Source: Bacteroidota bacterium
GTDB lineage: Bacteria > Bacteroidota > Bacteroidia > Chitinophagales > Saprospiraceae
NCBI GenBank assembly: GCA_038523965.1
Contig: JBCBIX010000001.1
Location: 2,896 to 66,895, forward strand
Direction: 5' to 3'
DNA: 64,000 bases
Shown: piece after piece, positions 48,500 to 59,300 of the stretch
How the letters are laid out: each line of letters opens with the position of its first letter
Position numbering within the stretch: position 1 is the stretch's first letter
Translations under genes and position numbers: made by a program
Notes under the pieces: model-generated
The model's input: only the letters and a program-made list of their open reading frames with translations
Databases searched by the model: none
What the model was told of the DNA's origin: nothing

Positions 48500-49213
48500 T
48501 TACAGCAATGCCTTGTACATGCCGATGACATTACCTATCCCGTAATACAAGGCATCGGTAACCAGGGCGTGTCCGATGGATACCTCAAGGACTCCCTCGA
48601 CATGCTCGGAGAAGTACTTCAGATTCGTGAGATTCAAGTCATGACCAGCATTCAAACCAAGTCCCAATTCAGCTGCTCTACGACCACACTCTGTATAAGA
48701 CTGTATGGCCTTATGGGGATCCAATGGGTATTCATTGGCATAGGTGCCGGTATATAATTCGACTCTATCTGTCCCAGTATCTCGAGCACGGGAGAGTTGA
48801 TCGCTATTTGGATCGACAAAAAGTGAGACCCGTATGCTTCGCTCTTGAAGGCGACCAACTACCTCTGACAGAAAATCTTTAGACTTCACTAAGTCCCAAC
48901 CCTCGCTACTGGTCAATACACCAGGTGGATCAGGTACAAGCGTGCATTGATGAGGTTGATGCTCGAGGACCATCTCAAGAAAAGTTTCTGATGGATATCC
49001 TTCGATATTCAACTCGGTAGTGACTACCTCCTTCAGGATAGGAATGTCATCATATCGAACATGGCGCTGGTCAGGCCTCGGGTGCACAGTGATACCCTCA
49101 GCGCCGAACCTCTCACAGTCCATGGCGAATTGACGCAGATCAGGTAGATTACTTCCTCTGCTGTTGCGGATCAGAGCGACCTTATTGATGTTTACGCTAA
49201 GTTTGGTGGCCAT
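48500..49213 (-). CDS. pdxJ: pyridoxine 5'-phosphate synthase
   Basis: LSVNINKVALIRNSRG, ITVHPRPDQRH, LNIEGYP, EVSIGHAL. Confidence 0.93.
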   Translation of the reverse strand: MATKLSVNINKVALIRNSRGSNLPDLRQFAMDCERFGAEGITVHPRPDQRHVRYDDIPILKEVVTTELNIEGYPSETFLEMVLEHQPHQCTLVPDPPGVLTSSEGWDLVKSKDFLSEVVGRLQERSIRVSLFVDPNSDQLSRARDTGTDRVELYTGTYANEYPLDPHKAIQSYTECGRRAAELGLGLNAGHDLNLTNLKYFSEHVEGVLEVSIGHALVTDALYYGIGNVIGMYKALL

Positions 49214-49236
49214 AGTTTATATCCCTCAGAGACATT

Positions 49237-50115
49237 TTGGATAAGCAAGATACGTGGAAGTCGATTGCAGCATTGATCATGATAATCATGGTTTCCGGGT
49301 TCATGGGCAGCATAATTTCGATAGCACTTTGGGCAGCTAATGGTATTTCGATAGACATGGTGCAATCGGATGTTGCCTTATCCTATGCGCAGCGGATGTA
49401 CCTCAGACTCGGATTGATCATCAATCACGCTTCGATGTTTCTGATTCCAGGTCTTTTGCTCGGCTTTTTCTTTCACCGAGGAAAGTTTCGGCAGTTCATT
49501 GGGGCAGATCTTATAGGATATACCAAGCAATATCTGTTTTGGGGATTGGCCATTATCGTTGCATATCCGTTGATCGGTGGACTGACTCAGTGGACAATGT
49601 CGCTACCTCTCCCCGATTGGTTAGTTTCTTCTCAGGACCAATCCATGGCAATGCTCTCAAACACACTTGTCATGGATACTCCGATCGAGCTGATTAGCAA
49701 CCTGCTTCTGGTAGGAGTCATGGCAGCCGTGGGTGAGGAACTAATCTTTCGCGGTATCCTTCAGAAGAAACTTTCTCATCAATGGTCTAATCCACATTTA
49801 GCTGTGATAATATCCTCTGTTGTATTTGCTGGGATTCATATGCAGGCAGAGAGATTTCCTGCTCTATTTGTCCTTGGAGTACTCCTGGGATACTCCTATC
49901 ACTACACTCGTTCGATATGGGTGCCAATCATATTGCATTTGCTCAATAATAGCATTCAGGTTCTGGCTGTATATGCAAGTCCAGAAGAGGTCTTAGACCT
50001 CTCCGAAGTGCCCAGCATTCAGTGGTACGAGGCAGTGATCTCATTATGTCTAACTTTGGGGCTTGCCTACGCGGCATCACTAATGCCCTCACGAGTAGAT
50101 GAGCTCAGACCTTAG
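49237..50115 (+). CDS. CPBP family intramembrane glutamic endopeptidase (CAAX protease-like)
   Basis: EELIFRG motif, FAGIHM, HLLNN, multi-TM. TTG start per the ORF track. Confidence 0.8.
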   Translation: MDKQDTWKSIAALIMIIMVSGFMGSIISIALWAANGISIDMVQSDVALSYAQRMYLRLGLIINHASMFLIPGLLLGFFFHRGKFRQFIGADLIGYTKQYLFWGLAIIVAYPLIGGLTQWTMSLPLPDWLVSSQDQSMAMLSNTLVMDTPIELISNLLLVGVMAAVGEELIFRGILQKKLSHQWSNPHLAVIISSVVFAGIHMQAERFPALFVLGVLLGYSYHYTRSIWVPIILHLLNNSIQVLAVYASPEEVLDLSEVPSIQWYEAVISLCLTLGLAYAASLMPSRVDELRP

Positions 50116-50902
50116 GAGGCGGATTCCTGCCGCCGTATTATATGTAATCTCTATCGGAGTTTGTTTTCTCTTGAATTCTGTTTCGGCGATTGTCCTGCTA
50201 TGGATTTTTTTCGCCTTTTGCCTTTTTGAATACCTATCCGTAGAGTTTGGTGAACATCCTGTGATGATCGTGCTGCTTACTGTTGCATCACATGGCATCG
50301 TCTCACTGGGCATCACTGGACAGCTCCCACCTCCCTATCTCTTGATCCTGTGTTCATGTGTAGTCGGAGGTCTATTATGGAATGCCCTTCATCTCATCAA
50401 CACAAAACGAGCTGGAATCCTGAATATGCCTCGCACCTTAGCTACACTGTTTTATTTGACACTACCGTTTCTCATAGTGATTACGATGTGTCACGAGCAA
50501 CCTGAGTTTTTGACCATCGTGCTGGGTACCTTCATCATTATCTGGCTGAATGATGCAGGGGCCTATTTTGTCGGCCGAGCCTATGGCAAGCATAAAATTT
50601 TTCCAAGTGTGTCCCCAGGTAAGACTTGGGAGGGTTTCTGGGGGGGAATGATCGTCGGTATCATCGTGAGTATCGCTGTGGCAAGGGTATTCGGGGCTAT
50701 GAATTACCCACACTGGATGCTACTCGCATGTGTCCTGGCCATCACAGGTATACTCGGCGACCTGACCGAATCGAGCTGGAAGCGACATCACGAAATCAAA
50801 GACAGTAGCCAACTGTTTCCTGGTCATGGAGGGTTTTTAGATCGGTTGGACAGCTTTATCTACTCCATTCCATTCGTTGCCCTGATCTACTTGGTGTCAT
50901 AG
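50099..50902 (+). CDS. cdsA: phosphatidate cytidylyltransferase
   Basis: NDAGAYFVGRAYGKHKIFPSVSPGKTWEGFWGG and the C-terminal GHGGFLDRLDSF signature. Confidence 0.9.
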   Translation: MSSDLRRRIPAAVLYVISIGVCFLLNSVSAIVLLWIFFAFCLFEYLSVEFGEHPVMIVLLTVASHGIVSLGITGQLPPPYLLILCSCVVGGLLWNALHLINTKRAGILNMPRTLATLFYLTLPFLIVITMCHEQPEFLTIVLGTFIIIWLNDAGAYFVGRAYGKHKIFPSVSPGKTWEGFWGGMIVGIIVSIAVARVFGAMNYPHWMLLACVLAITGILGDLTESSWKRHHEIKDSSQLFPGHGGFLDRLDSFIYSIPFVALIYLVS

Positions 50903-51706
50903 CTGAAGGAGTTCATCCATTAATCGCTGTGTCTGTGGCAAAGGATCGATACCGTACTCTTCATCCAGGATCATCTGACATTGGCGATACGTTTTGATTG
51001 CCGCAGGGCGATTACCACGTCGGATAAACGATCGGATCATCAGGCGATATGCGTCCTCCCAGCTATGATCGATTTCGAGTGCTCGCTGGCACAGTCTTAT
51101 GGTTTCTTGAGGGCTGGAGTCAAGTGTTAACTCTGCCAGAGATATGTATGCTCCCAAGATTAAGATTTGTATTCGTTCGCGCTCTTCGCTGCTCCAGTCA
51201 TCATAGACCCTATTAGGCAGATACAGACCCTTATGGTATGATAATGCCTCTCGATAGGCCTCGATGGCCAGGTCATGATCTTCCTGTAATGCCTGATTAC
51301 CAAGGGAGACGAGCATCTCGATTATCTCCACATCGATCGTGATTAGTGATAACGCTAACTGATAGGTACTACCCTGTCGGATGATATACTTGGCATCACT
51401 ACGGCTTTTTCGGTTTGGTTCGAGGGCCTTGTTAATACCATGCATAGCAACCTTAAAATCTCGATCACCACCTGCCTGGTCGACATCCTCCCAGATGCGG
51501 CTGATGATCTGTTCCTTGTGAAGGGCATTGCGATGTCTCACCGTGATCAGGTACTGGAGCAACTGAAGGGTTTTGTCTCTTCCCCATGACTTGGCATCGA
51601 TTTGATCACCGTCTCGTACTACTACGAATCCCCCAAGCGTACGGATATGTAGTGGTGCAGATCGGGCCTTTTCGAGAAGATCTGTGAACTGTTGCTGAAA
51701 TGTCAC
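50897..51706 (-). CDS. SARP-like regulator (winged-helix DNA-binding domain plus BTAD)
   Basis: The N-terminus LHIRTLGGFVVVRDGDQIDAKSWGRDKTLQLLQYLI is typical of OmpR/SARP winged-helix domains. The C-terminal TPR-like BTAD has WEDAYRLMIRSFIRRGNRPAAIKTYRQCQMILDEEYGIDPLPQTQRL. Confidence 0.75.
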   Translation of the reverse strand: MTFQQQFTDLLEKARSAPLHIRTLGGFVVVRDGDQIDAKSWGRDKTLQLLQYLITVRHRNALHKEQIISRIWEDVDQAGGDRDFKVAMHGINKALEPNRKSRSDAKYIIRQGSTYQLALSLITIDVEIIEMLVSLGNQALQEDHDLAIEAYREALSYHKGLYLPNRVYDDWSSEERERIQILILGAYISLAELTLDSSPQETIRLCQRALEIDHSWEDAYRLMIRSFIRRGNRPAAIKTYRQCQMILDEEYGIDPLPQTQRLMDELLQL

Positions 51707-51709
51707 TTC

Positions 51710-52222
51710 TTATTTGTCAACTCGATTGGAGATCTCATCTACCTTCTCTCCAAGTTGCTTCACTTGCACTGATAATGACTCCACAGCGGAAAGAACCTGC
51801 TCAAGATCTGTCTTCGTGGCTGTTCTCCATTTTCGCGTGTCCTTGTCAAGTTTATGCCCTAACTCATCACCAACTTGACTAAGCTGATCTTGGATCTGTG
51901 CTACCTGTTTCTTTGGATCCTTGATCGTATCCAAAACCAACTTGGGAGCGGAAGCAGAGAGTCTCTTCCAGATATCCAGACTCTTGTTGAGTATTCCGTC
52001 CTGCTCTTCTGGACTTTTATCCTCTACTGATCTCATCGTCATAATGGACAGCTTGTCCTGCATGAAGGAAATAACGTCTGAAAAGTCAGTGAAACTGGCC
52101 TGGTCATCACCTTGTACATGAGAGATCTTACCTCTCCACTGCACATCTGACGAGCCATCACCATCATCAAAAAGCTGTTGGGTAAATCGAACCAAAAATG
52201 AAGTGGTCTGCGGAGTAGGCAT
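51710..52222 (-). CDS. hypothetical protein: small N-terminal domain plus phasin-like coiled-coil C-terminus
   Basis: Clean 170-aa ORF ending 3 nt before the SARP start. The N-terminus is SFLVRFTQQLFDDGDGSSDVQWRGKISHVQGDDQASFTDFSDVISFMQ. The C-terminus is heptad-like (TKTDLEQVLSAVESLSVQVKQLGEKVDEISNRV). Confidence 0.6.
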   Translation of the reverse strand: MPTPQTTSFLVRFTQQLFDDGDGSSDVQWRGKISHVQGDDQASFTDFSDVISFMQDKLSIMTMRSVEDKSPEEQDGILNKSLDIWKRLSASAPKLVLDTIKDPKKQVAQIQDQLSQVGDELGHKLDKDTRKWRTATKTDLEQVLSAVESLSVQVKQLGEKVDEISNRVDK

Positions 52223-52330
52223 AAGGGCATCGATTTTGACTACCTCAAGATAGCTGCTCTCACTGTGTTATAGCGGTGCAGATCTAAAGCTCCTCTTAGA
52301 AAGAATAAAGCTCAATCCTCCTTGTGGGGA

Positions 52331-52900
52331 CTAACTCTCCTGGGGCGTCCAGTTGAAGTCAAGCTTTTTATAATCTGAAATCTCAGCGCCATCTGGGAAG
52401 GATATGCTCCGCATCACCTCCAAGCGGCTGCGTAATTCCAATCGTCGCAAAAAGTATCTGTCCCCCTGCTTGACTGGCTCGATGTAAATCTGAATACCTA
52501 ATCGATCGCGGGGATCCAGCCATGCGAAGTCAAATCCCGTCGCATCTTTCGCGGCCCCTGTTTCATCATGTACATCCCTGAATTCCCAATCGTCGCGTCC
52601 ACCTATACCTGTGCTGTACATACCGATCATAGAATTGAAGTACTCATAGTCCAGCTGCTCGGAATCTACTAACTGCTTAAAGATGGGCCGATCGCGATTG
52701 GTCTTGATCGCCTTAAGAACAATATCCGCAAACTCCTTTGGTGTCTGTGCCGCCTCAAAAGGAAGATCCTTGATCTCTACATCTACTACAGTGGCACTGC
52801 CCTCCTCTGACTTATTGGTACATGAAGCCATCAGTCCAATAACAGCTGTGAGCAAGATTAGTCTTAGCATGAATTTGATTTCGAATGAGCGTGCAAACAT
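52331..52900 (-). CDS. hypothetical lipoprotein
   Basis: Lipobox LLTAVIGLMASC. The start is either the Met at 52900 or the Met at 52870. I recognise no family motif. Confidence 0.6.
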   Translation of the reverse strand: MFARSFEIKFMLRLILLTAVIGLMASCTNKSEEGSATVVDVEIKDLPFEAAQTPKEFADIVLKAIKTNRDRPIFKQLVDSEQLDYEYFNSMIGMYSTGIGGRDDWEFRDVHDETGAAKDATGFDFAWLDPRDRLGIQIYIEPVKQGDRYFLRRLELRSRLEVMRSISFPDGAEISDYKKLDFNWTPQES

Positions 52901-53003
52901 GGTTATTAAAATTGGTGTGGTCAACAGATTATTGGGTCGTAAACAGTCGCAATTGTGACGGCTATCCCACCAAAAGATCACTTAACAAGGAGTTAAACTC
53001 ACA

Positions 53004-55208
53004 TTAGAAAAATGTGTACCCGATCGTGAAGTTGGTATGCCAAGTGCGTGTGTAGGAGTTCCTCCCGTAGCCAAATTGAATCGGCCCCAATGGAGTAGCC
53101 ACCGCAACTACAGTACCGAAAGATCCAAAATCGATGACCTCATCGCCTGACCTTCGATTAGTCTGAAACGCCCTTCTTCCTGATAGGAAGTCATATCTGA
53201 AACTAAGATATGTTGATGACCATAAGCTAAATCGTAGCTCGCTACCGATCTGAACATATTGATCAAAATGAAGCTGATGATTCGTTAATCCAAGCATGGT
53301 GACGCTGCCCAGATCACGACCCTCGAGGCCACCCACTCTATAGTTGTCGACTAAGCTTCGACTACTCTTGTATCCACCTGCCGCTCTCGTGATCAGTGTA
53401 AAAGCCGCAGATGGTGTGTAGTAGGCCGTTCCTTTGAACTGAGCGCTGAGATAATTTTGGTCTTCAGGGATCAGAACAACATCGTCAGTCCGAGGGGCTC
53501 CGATACCCTTGGTCATCAAATCATAGCTGATATCGGCTTTAGCCGAAATTCCAGTTGTCGGAAACTGAAGTACATCTATGGTGGAATAAGCTGCATCCAC
53601 ACCCACATTTAGGTCAATTCGATCATACCCACTAAAAGAGGACGCACCATCTGCTACTTGGTCAAGAATGTGATTCTGAATACCAACATATCCACGAGTG
53701 ATGACGGAATTGTTTGGTTCATAGCCAATGGCAACTTGACCGTGGATCTTAGTCTCATTAAACTTAGCATCTAACTCTTCTCGATTAAAAAGTTCCTGCT
53801 CGTATCGATGCGCCTGAACCATAGCGGAAAACAGAAAATTCTTTCGATCACCTAATCGATATTGGTAATCCAGCTTGGCGCCGTACAGCTCACTCAGTCT
53901 AAAGGTCGAGTAGAGCACAGAAGGTGAGCTCAGCTTATTGCGTAACTCATTAGTTACAACTACGGACGTCTTCGAAGATGGAAGGTAGTTAGCTGCAAAC
54001 GAAAATGTATTGACGGATCGAGGTCGTGCATAGAGGTCCAAGATCCGACGACCTCGGGCATCATTTCGAAAGCCATAGTTGACGTTGTCAAAATGTTTTG
54101 TGCCAAAGATCCGGTTGACCCCTGCCTCAATGTCGTCATACGTAGTCGACCCAGTGCGGGCATAACCGTATTTGAATTTGGCCAATGCATCAAAAGGAGG
54201 CTCGACATAGGGAAGTCGAGTCTGCGAAACCACAGCTGCAGCGGGAAGTCTCAATCTATCAGCAGGACTTCTTGTGGCTTGTTCCAGAGATAAAATGCTG
54301 CTCCAATCAACTTTTGAGGCTGCTTGGTATCCTTCACGGACCAAATCGTCGTAAAGATCGAATCCAAAGGATGGTAACTCCTTGACATCGGGTTCGATCA
54401 AGACATCAACAGCGCGCTTTTGCTCCCGACTATCCAAGATACCCATCATAAACGCTGACTGATTGAGGATATCAATTAGAGAGATCAAGTTCTCTCGTTC
54501 CTCCAAAATCGATCCTACGTAGACGCCAATAACCACATCAGCGCCCATCTCGATTACCTCTTCGACTGGAAAATTTCTGATCAATCCTCCATCAACCAAC
54601 ATACGATCATCGATGACAACAGGGCTAAACACAGAAGGAATCGACATACTGGCTCGCACCGCAGTCGCCAGATGACCATCTTTGAGTACCACAATCTCAC
54701 CTGTCTCTATATCAACAGCAATACATCTAAACGGGTACGGTAGACTGTCAAAGTCAGTGATCGTGTTAGTGGCTCTAAACATCCGATTGAGCGTAAGATC
54801 CAACTCCTGACTGTTGAAAAATCCCTGAGGTAGTTTTAGCCCATCTTCTGTTAGTTCAAGTGTTAGCGCGTATCTATTGTGGTAGTCCTTCTCAACGGGA
54901 GCGATATCCCTGATATGTACTTGTGTCCTTAGCAGAGCACTCCAGTCCTGAGAGCTGGCCATATCCAGGATCTCCTGCGCCGACATCCCAGTGGCGTATA
55001 GACCACCGATGATGCTACCCATGCTCGTACCTGTGATGTAGTCTACCTGGATATCGTGTTCCTCGAGATATTGCAAAACTCCGATGTGGGAGAGTCCATG
55101 AGCTGATCCTCCGCTGAGTACTAATCCCACCTTTGGCGAGCTCTGCTGAGCACAGAGTACCACTCCTAATAAGAAGCTGGCGATGCTAAGCAGTGATCGA
55201 ATCTTCAT
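53004..55208 (-). CDS. patatin-like phospholipase fused to an Omp85/surface-antigen beta-barrel
   Basis: GLVLSGGSAHGLSHIGVL (oxyanion GGxxG), GTSMGS (GxSxG) and the DGG catalytic Asp region. The C-terminal roughly 400 aa have alternating beta-barrel character and end in the aromatic TFF. Confidence 0.85.
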   Translation of the reverse strand: MKIRSLLSIASFLLGVVLCAQQSSPKVGLVLSGGSAHGLSHIGVLQYLEEHDIQVDYITGTSMGSIIGGLYATGMSAQEILDMASSQDWSALLRTQVHIRDIAPVEKDYHNRYALTLELTEDGLKLPQGFFNSQELDLTLNRMFRATNTITDFDSLPYPFRCIAVDIETGEIVVLKDGHLATAVRASMSIPSVFSPVVIDDRMLVDGGLIRNFPVEEVIEMGADVVIGVYVGSILEERENLISLIDILNQSAFMMGILDSREQKRAVDVLIEPDVKELPSFGFDLYDDLVREGYQAASKVDWSSILSLEQATRSPADRLRLPAAAVVSQTRLPYVEPPFDALAKFKYGYARTGSTTYDDIEAGVNRIFGTKHFDNVNYGFRNDARGRRILDLYARPRSVNTFSFAANYLPSSKTSVVVTNELRNKLSSPSVLYSTFRLSELYGAKLDYQYRLGDRKNFLFSAMVQAHRYEQELFNREELDAKFNETKIHGQVAIGYEPNNSVITRGYVGIQNHILDQVADGASSFSGYDRIDLNVGVDAAYSTIDVLQFPTTGISAKADISYDLMTKGIGAPRTDDVVLIPEDQNYLSAQFKGTAYYTPSAAFTLITRAAGGYKSSRSLVDNYRVGGLEGRDLGSVTMLGLTNHQLHFDQYVQIGSELRFSLWSSTYLSFRYDFLSGRRAFQTNRRSGDEVIDFGSFGTVVAVATPLGPIQFGYGRNSYTRTWHTNFTIGYTFF

Positions 55209-55211
55209 CTG

Positions 55212-56249
55212 TTAAGGAGCAGGATTTGGGATTTCTTCATGCACAGCTTCGATCTCATTAAGGCACTCTCGTGATAACTCTATGTCGATACTCGAGATAT
55301 TCTCGGCCAGCTGAGACATGGTGGTAGCTCCGATGATGTTGCTTGTAAGGAATGGTTGCTGGTTCACAAAGGCAAGTGACATTTGTGCGAGAGACAAATC
55401 GTACTTCTCAGCTATGGTGAGATATTTTGCTGTGGCCGAATGACAGTTTGCACCGTTGTATCTGGACATTCGTTCATACTTATTGATGCGATCAGTAGGC
55501 TTGTCTGTTCCCTTGTGGTACTTACCACTCAATAGACCAAATGCCATCGGGCTATAGGCCAGAAGTCCAGCATCCTCACGGATCGACATCTCTGCCAAAC
55601 CCACCTCGTACAGTCGATTCAAAAGACTGTATGGGTTCTGTACGCTAACCATACGAGGGAGTTCGTGCTTATCGGCAAGATGTAAATAGTGGCTGAGTCC
55701 CCAAGGCGTCTCGTTTGACAGGCCGACATATCGAATGTGACCAGCATCTACATGTTTTTGTAATGCTCTGAGTATCTCTAAGCAATAATCCTCCCACTGG
55801 CCGTCATGGCGAGAATACCCCCGTTTACCAAAGAAGTTAGTCTTGCGCGATGGCCAATGCAACTGATACAAATCGATGTAGTCGGTCTGCAGCCTGTGTA
55901 GACTACCCTCGATAGCCGCATCAAGTGTAGCCGGAGTAAAGTCGGAGTCCGTTCGGATGTGTTTCGTGAACTCTGCTGGTCCTGCGATCTTCGTCGCCAG
56001 AATGAAATCATCTCGACGTCCACGCTTTTTAATCCATGTTCCGATGATGCGTTCAGTACTTCCTTGTGTCTCGGGCTTCGGTGGTACGGAGTAAAGTTCT
56101 GCTGTGTCTATGAAGTTGACTCCTTGATCGAGGCTATAGTCCAGCTGTTCGTGACCTTCTTGCTCATCGTTCTGCTCGCCCATATTCATGGTCCCTAAAC
56201 AGATTACACTTACTTCCAGATCAGTGCGACCGAGTTTTCGATATTCCAT
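55212..56249 (-). CDS. NADP(H)-dependent aldo-keto reductase (Tas-like)
   Basis: MEYRKLGRTDLEVSVICLGTMNMG, FIDTAELY, LYQLHWP, IRYVGLSNET. Confidence 0.9.
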   Translation of the reverse strand: MEYRKLGRTDLEVSVICLGTMNMGEQNDEQEGHEQLDYSLDQGVNFIDTAELYSVPPKPETQGSTERIIGTWIKKRGRRDDFILATKIAGPAEFTKHIRTDSDFTPATLDAAIEGSLHRLQTDYIDLYQLHWPSRKTNFFGKRGYSRHDGQWEDYCLEILRALQKHVDAGHIRYVGLSNETPWGLSHYLHLADKHELPRMVSVQNPYSLLNRLYEVGLAEMSIREDAGLLAYSPMAFGLLSGKYHKGTDKPTDRINKYERMSRYNGANCHSATAKYLTIAEKYDLSLAQMSLAFVNQQPFLTSNIIGATTMSQLAENISSIDIELSRECLNEIEAVHEEIPNPAP

Positions 56250-56295
56250 TGATTTACCTTCTTGATGACACCTCTAATGTACATCTGCGCTACGC

Positions 56296-56332
56296 AAAAA
56301 AAAGGTGAGCTAATTTTCTTAGCTCACCTTTT
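56296..56332 (-). terminator. strong intrinsic terminator after the giant T9SS gene
   Basis: AAGGTGAGCTA / TAGCTCACCTT 11-bp perfect stem. On the minus strand it is followed by a run of 8 T. Confidence 0.8.
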
Positions 56333-56360
56333 GATTCTGGGTCCTTAGATAGATAAAAGA

Positions 56361-59300
56361 CTAAAACGCCTTCATGAATCTTTCTTCGCTTATCGATACT
56401 CCCTCTGATGTTACACGTACGAAGTAGATGCCACTTTCTAATGATGAAATATCCACTGCGTGGTCAACACGTTCGCCAGAGAGTCTAACACTCATCATAC
56501 GTCGCCCATCAGATCCGAATACCTCGGCTTGGCCATTGATACCACCATTATCAAACCATAGATTAATCTGATTTGCCGCTGGATTAGGATAGAGTGGTCG
56601 ATATGCTGATAACTCTTCCTCTGTCACGACGATCCCCTGATCTGATGTTGACTTACTAAAACGTTTAGCCTTGTCTACATCAATTCTGAAGTCTTCGGTG
56701 AACTCAGACATCTCCCCATCAGCACATAATGCTTTAATTCTAAATACAATCACACGATTACTTGGACCAGAGATGAAAACACGGTTCCGGCGGACAGGAA
56801 CCTCGACGAACGATCTTGGCTCGTCTTCAAATCCAACCTCAAGTACATAGCTCTCAGCTTCGAAAACGCGATCCCATTTGATCTGGAATCTATTATTGGA
56901 GGTCTCTCGGATACGGACATCGCGTGGTGGATGACAGCCTTCGTCACAGATTCCTCCACCGATTAAGGTGACATTAATGAAGTCTGGTGTTATGTCTCCG
57001 CACTCACCGATCAAAGAGCTAATGGGGTTACCCGCTTGGATAAGTACTGAACCATCGGTACTCCAGCCATAGATATGCCGTACTCCTGGAGGTATGGCAT
57101 CCCACTCATAAAGTCCTCCTTCCGAACGTAATCTCCACTCGATAATAATGTCCTCATCATCAGTGACGACGTAGAAATAGAACAGTGAAGAATCTGCATC
57201 AGAATCGGCCTCGACCATGAAACTCGCATCACCAGAGCAGAATTCGATCTCGTTCTCTCCATCTGTCGTTGAGATAGACCCTGCATCGGCACCACAACCA
57301 CACTCATCCTCTGTTAATAAGTTCACTTGGAGTGGATTAGAAAGTGCAAAACAGCCAATAAGGTCATTCGCATTAGCTCCTATCTCAGCTCCCGAAAGCT
57401 CGCCATCAAAGGTTAGCCCCCACACTAATGCTGTATTTGAACCAATTCCCTCGAGATCAAAAGAGTCTTCAGTCAAAATTCGGAGGATGTTAGCGTCGCC
57501 ATCAGTGATTACAACCACATTGTTTTCTCCGGTTGCCCCCTCAACAATAAATGTCAATGAGTCTGGTCGACCATCATCAGCGCAGATTGTCAAAACTTCA
57601 TCTGTTGGATAGTTTCCGGCAACAATCTCACATGGAGGAGGACAATCATCACCTGTCTGACGCTCTACTTGAATGGCATTCGAAAGTGCAAAACAGCCAG
57701 CTAATTGATCAATATTACCTCCGATCATGAGTGTGGTAGAACTGTCTACAGAAGTGATGCTATAGATATTGCATATGCCGCTGCCTGCTCCTTCGAGATT
57801 GACAATGTTAGAATCGGGCAAGGCCAGAATTTCTCCATCCTCGTCGGTTACCAGAATACGATTTACAGCTCCAGAGCCTTCGCTTACTACGATAATAAAC
57901 GTATCCGCATTCCCATCGTCAGCACAGATCGTAAGTGATGTCAGGCTGTCTACTGTAGCGATCGATCCTCCTTGAATTTCGCAAGGCGGAGGACAGTCAT
58001 CGCCTGAAACACGAATCAGTCGCAGTGGATTTGATAGATCGAAACAACCTGTTAAATCATTCGCATTGCTGTCAACCGCCGCACCCATCAAGTCATCCGC
58101 AAAACTTAAATGCCAAATCAAACACACTCCTGGGTCTGTATCCTCAAAGTCGAAGACCGATGTATCCCGAATTTCTAAAATAACTCCAGCAGTATCCGTT
58201 AACACAAAGGCAGAATTTGGGCCATCAGCTCCAGTGAGATCTACCGAGACTACATCAGGTATACTGTCGCCCACACAAATCGTTAACTCTTCTCCACCCC
58301 CGGTGTATGCAAGGCTGCCACCATCAACACCGTTGCGAATGATCGTTATCGGATTAGAAAGAGCAAAACACCCATCAATATCACTGGCATTGGCGCCGAT
58401 ACTATCACCAGTTAGACCTTCTTCAAAACTGATATGCCATAACAAGTTGGTTCCACTTCCTGTCCCTTCGAGATCAAACGGAGGTGCAAGAGGTAAAGCA
58501 AGGATATCTCCATTGCCATCAGTGAGTAACCAGCCTGCATTGGTACCTACTGCGTTCTCGATAACTACGTCAAATGGTCTGAATGTGTCTCCATTATCAC
58601 ATATCGTGAGTAAGTCACCACCTCCAGCTAATGACAGTTCGCCCCCTGATATAGACGTACGATTTACGGTAATCGCATTACTGAGAGCGAAACATCCACC
58701 GATCGAATCGATATTCCCACCGAGAGAAACTCCCGAAATACCAGACTCGAATGCCAGATGATATATGAAAACAAGGCCTCCTCCAGCATTTTCAAAATCA
58801 AATGGAGGAGCAAAAGGGAACGCAAGAATATTTCCATCCTCATCAGTGATCACCCAGGCCATGTTAGATGCAGAAGCACCTTCGACCACAACGTCCACGG
58901 GATCGTTATTGCCGTCTCCCGCACAAATTTCAACCATATCACCACCACCCACTAAGGAGAGCACACCCGCTGTGGCCGGGCAAGTCGGTGGCGCCATACA
59001 GTCTGGTCCATCGTCGATTCGAGTTACTCGAATTGGATTGGATAGGTCAAAACATCCGCTTAGTCCAGACGCAAGGCTATCTATGCCCGCTCCCATCAGA
59101 TCATCCTCAAAACTCAAGTGCCAGATCAAACAAACCCCTGGACCACGACTATCGAAGTCAAACACATTCACCGTGTCGATGCTCATGATCATACCATTCG
59201 TATCCGTCAGCACCCAGGCACTGTTTGTTCCCATCGCCCCTGTCAACTCTACTTCGACGAGCTCTACGGCATCATCTACAACACATATCTCGATCTCCGT

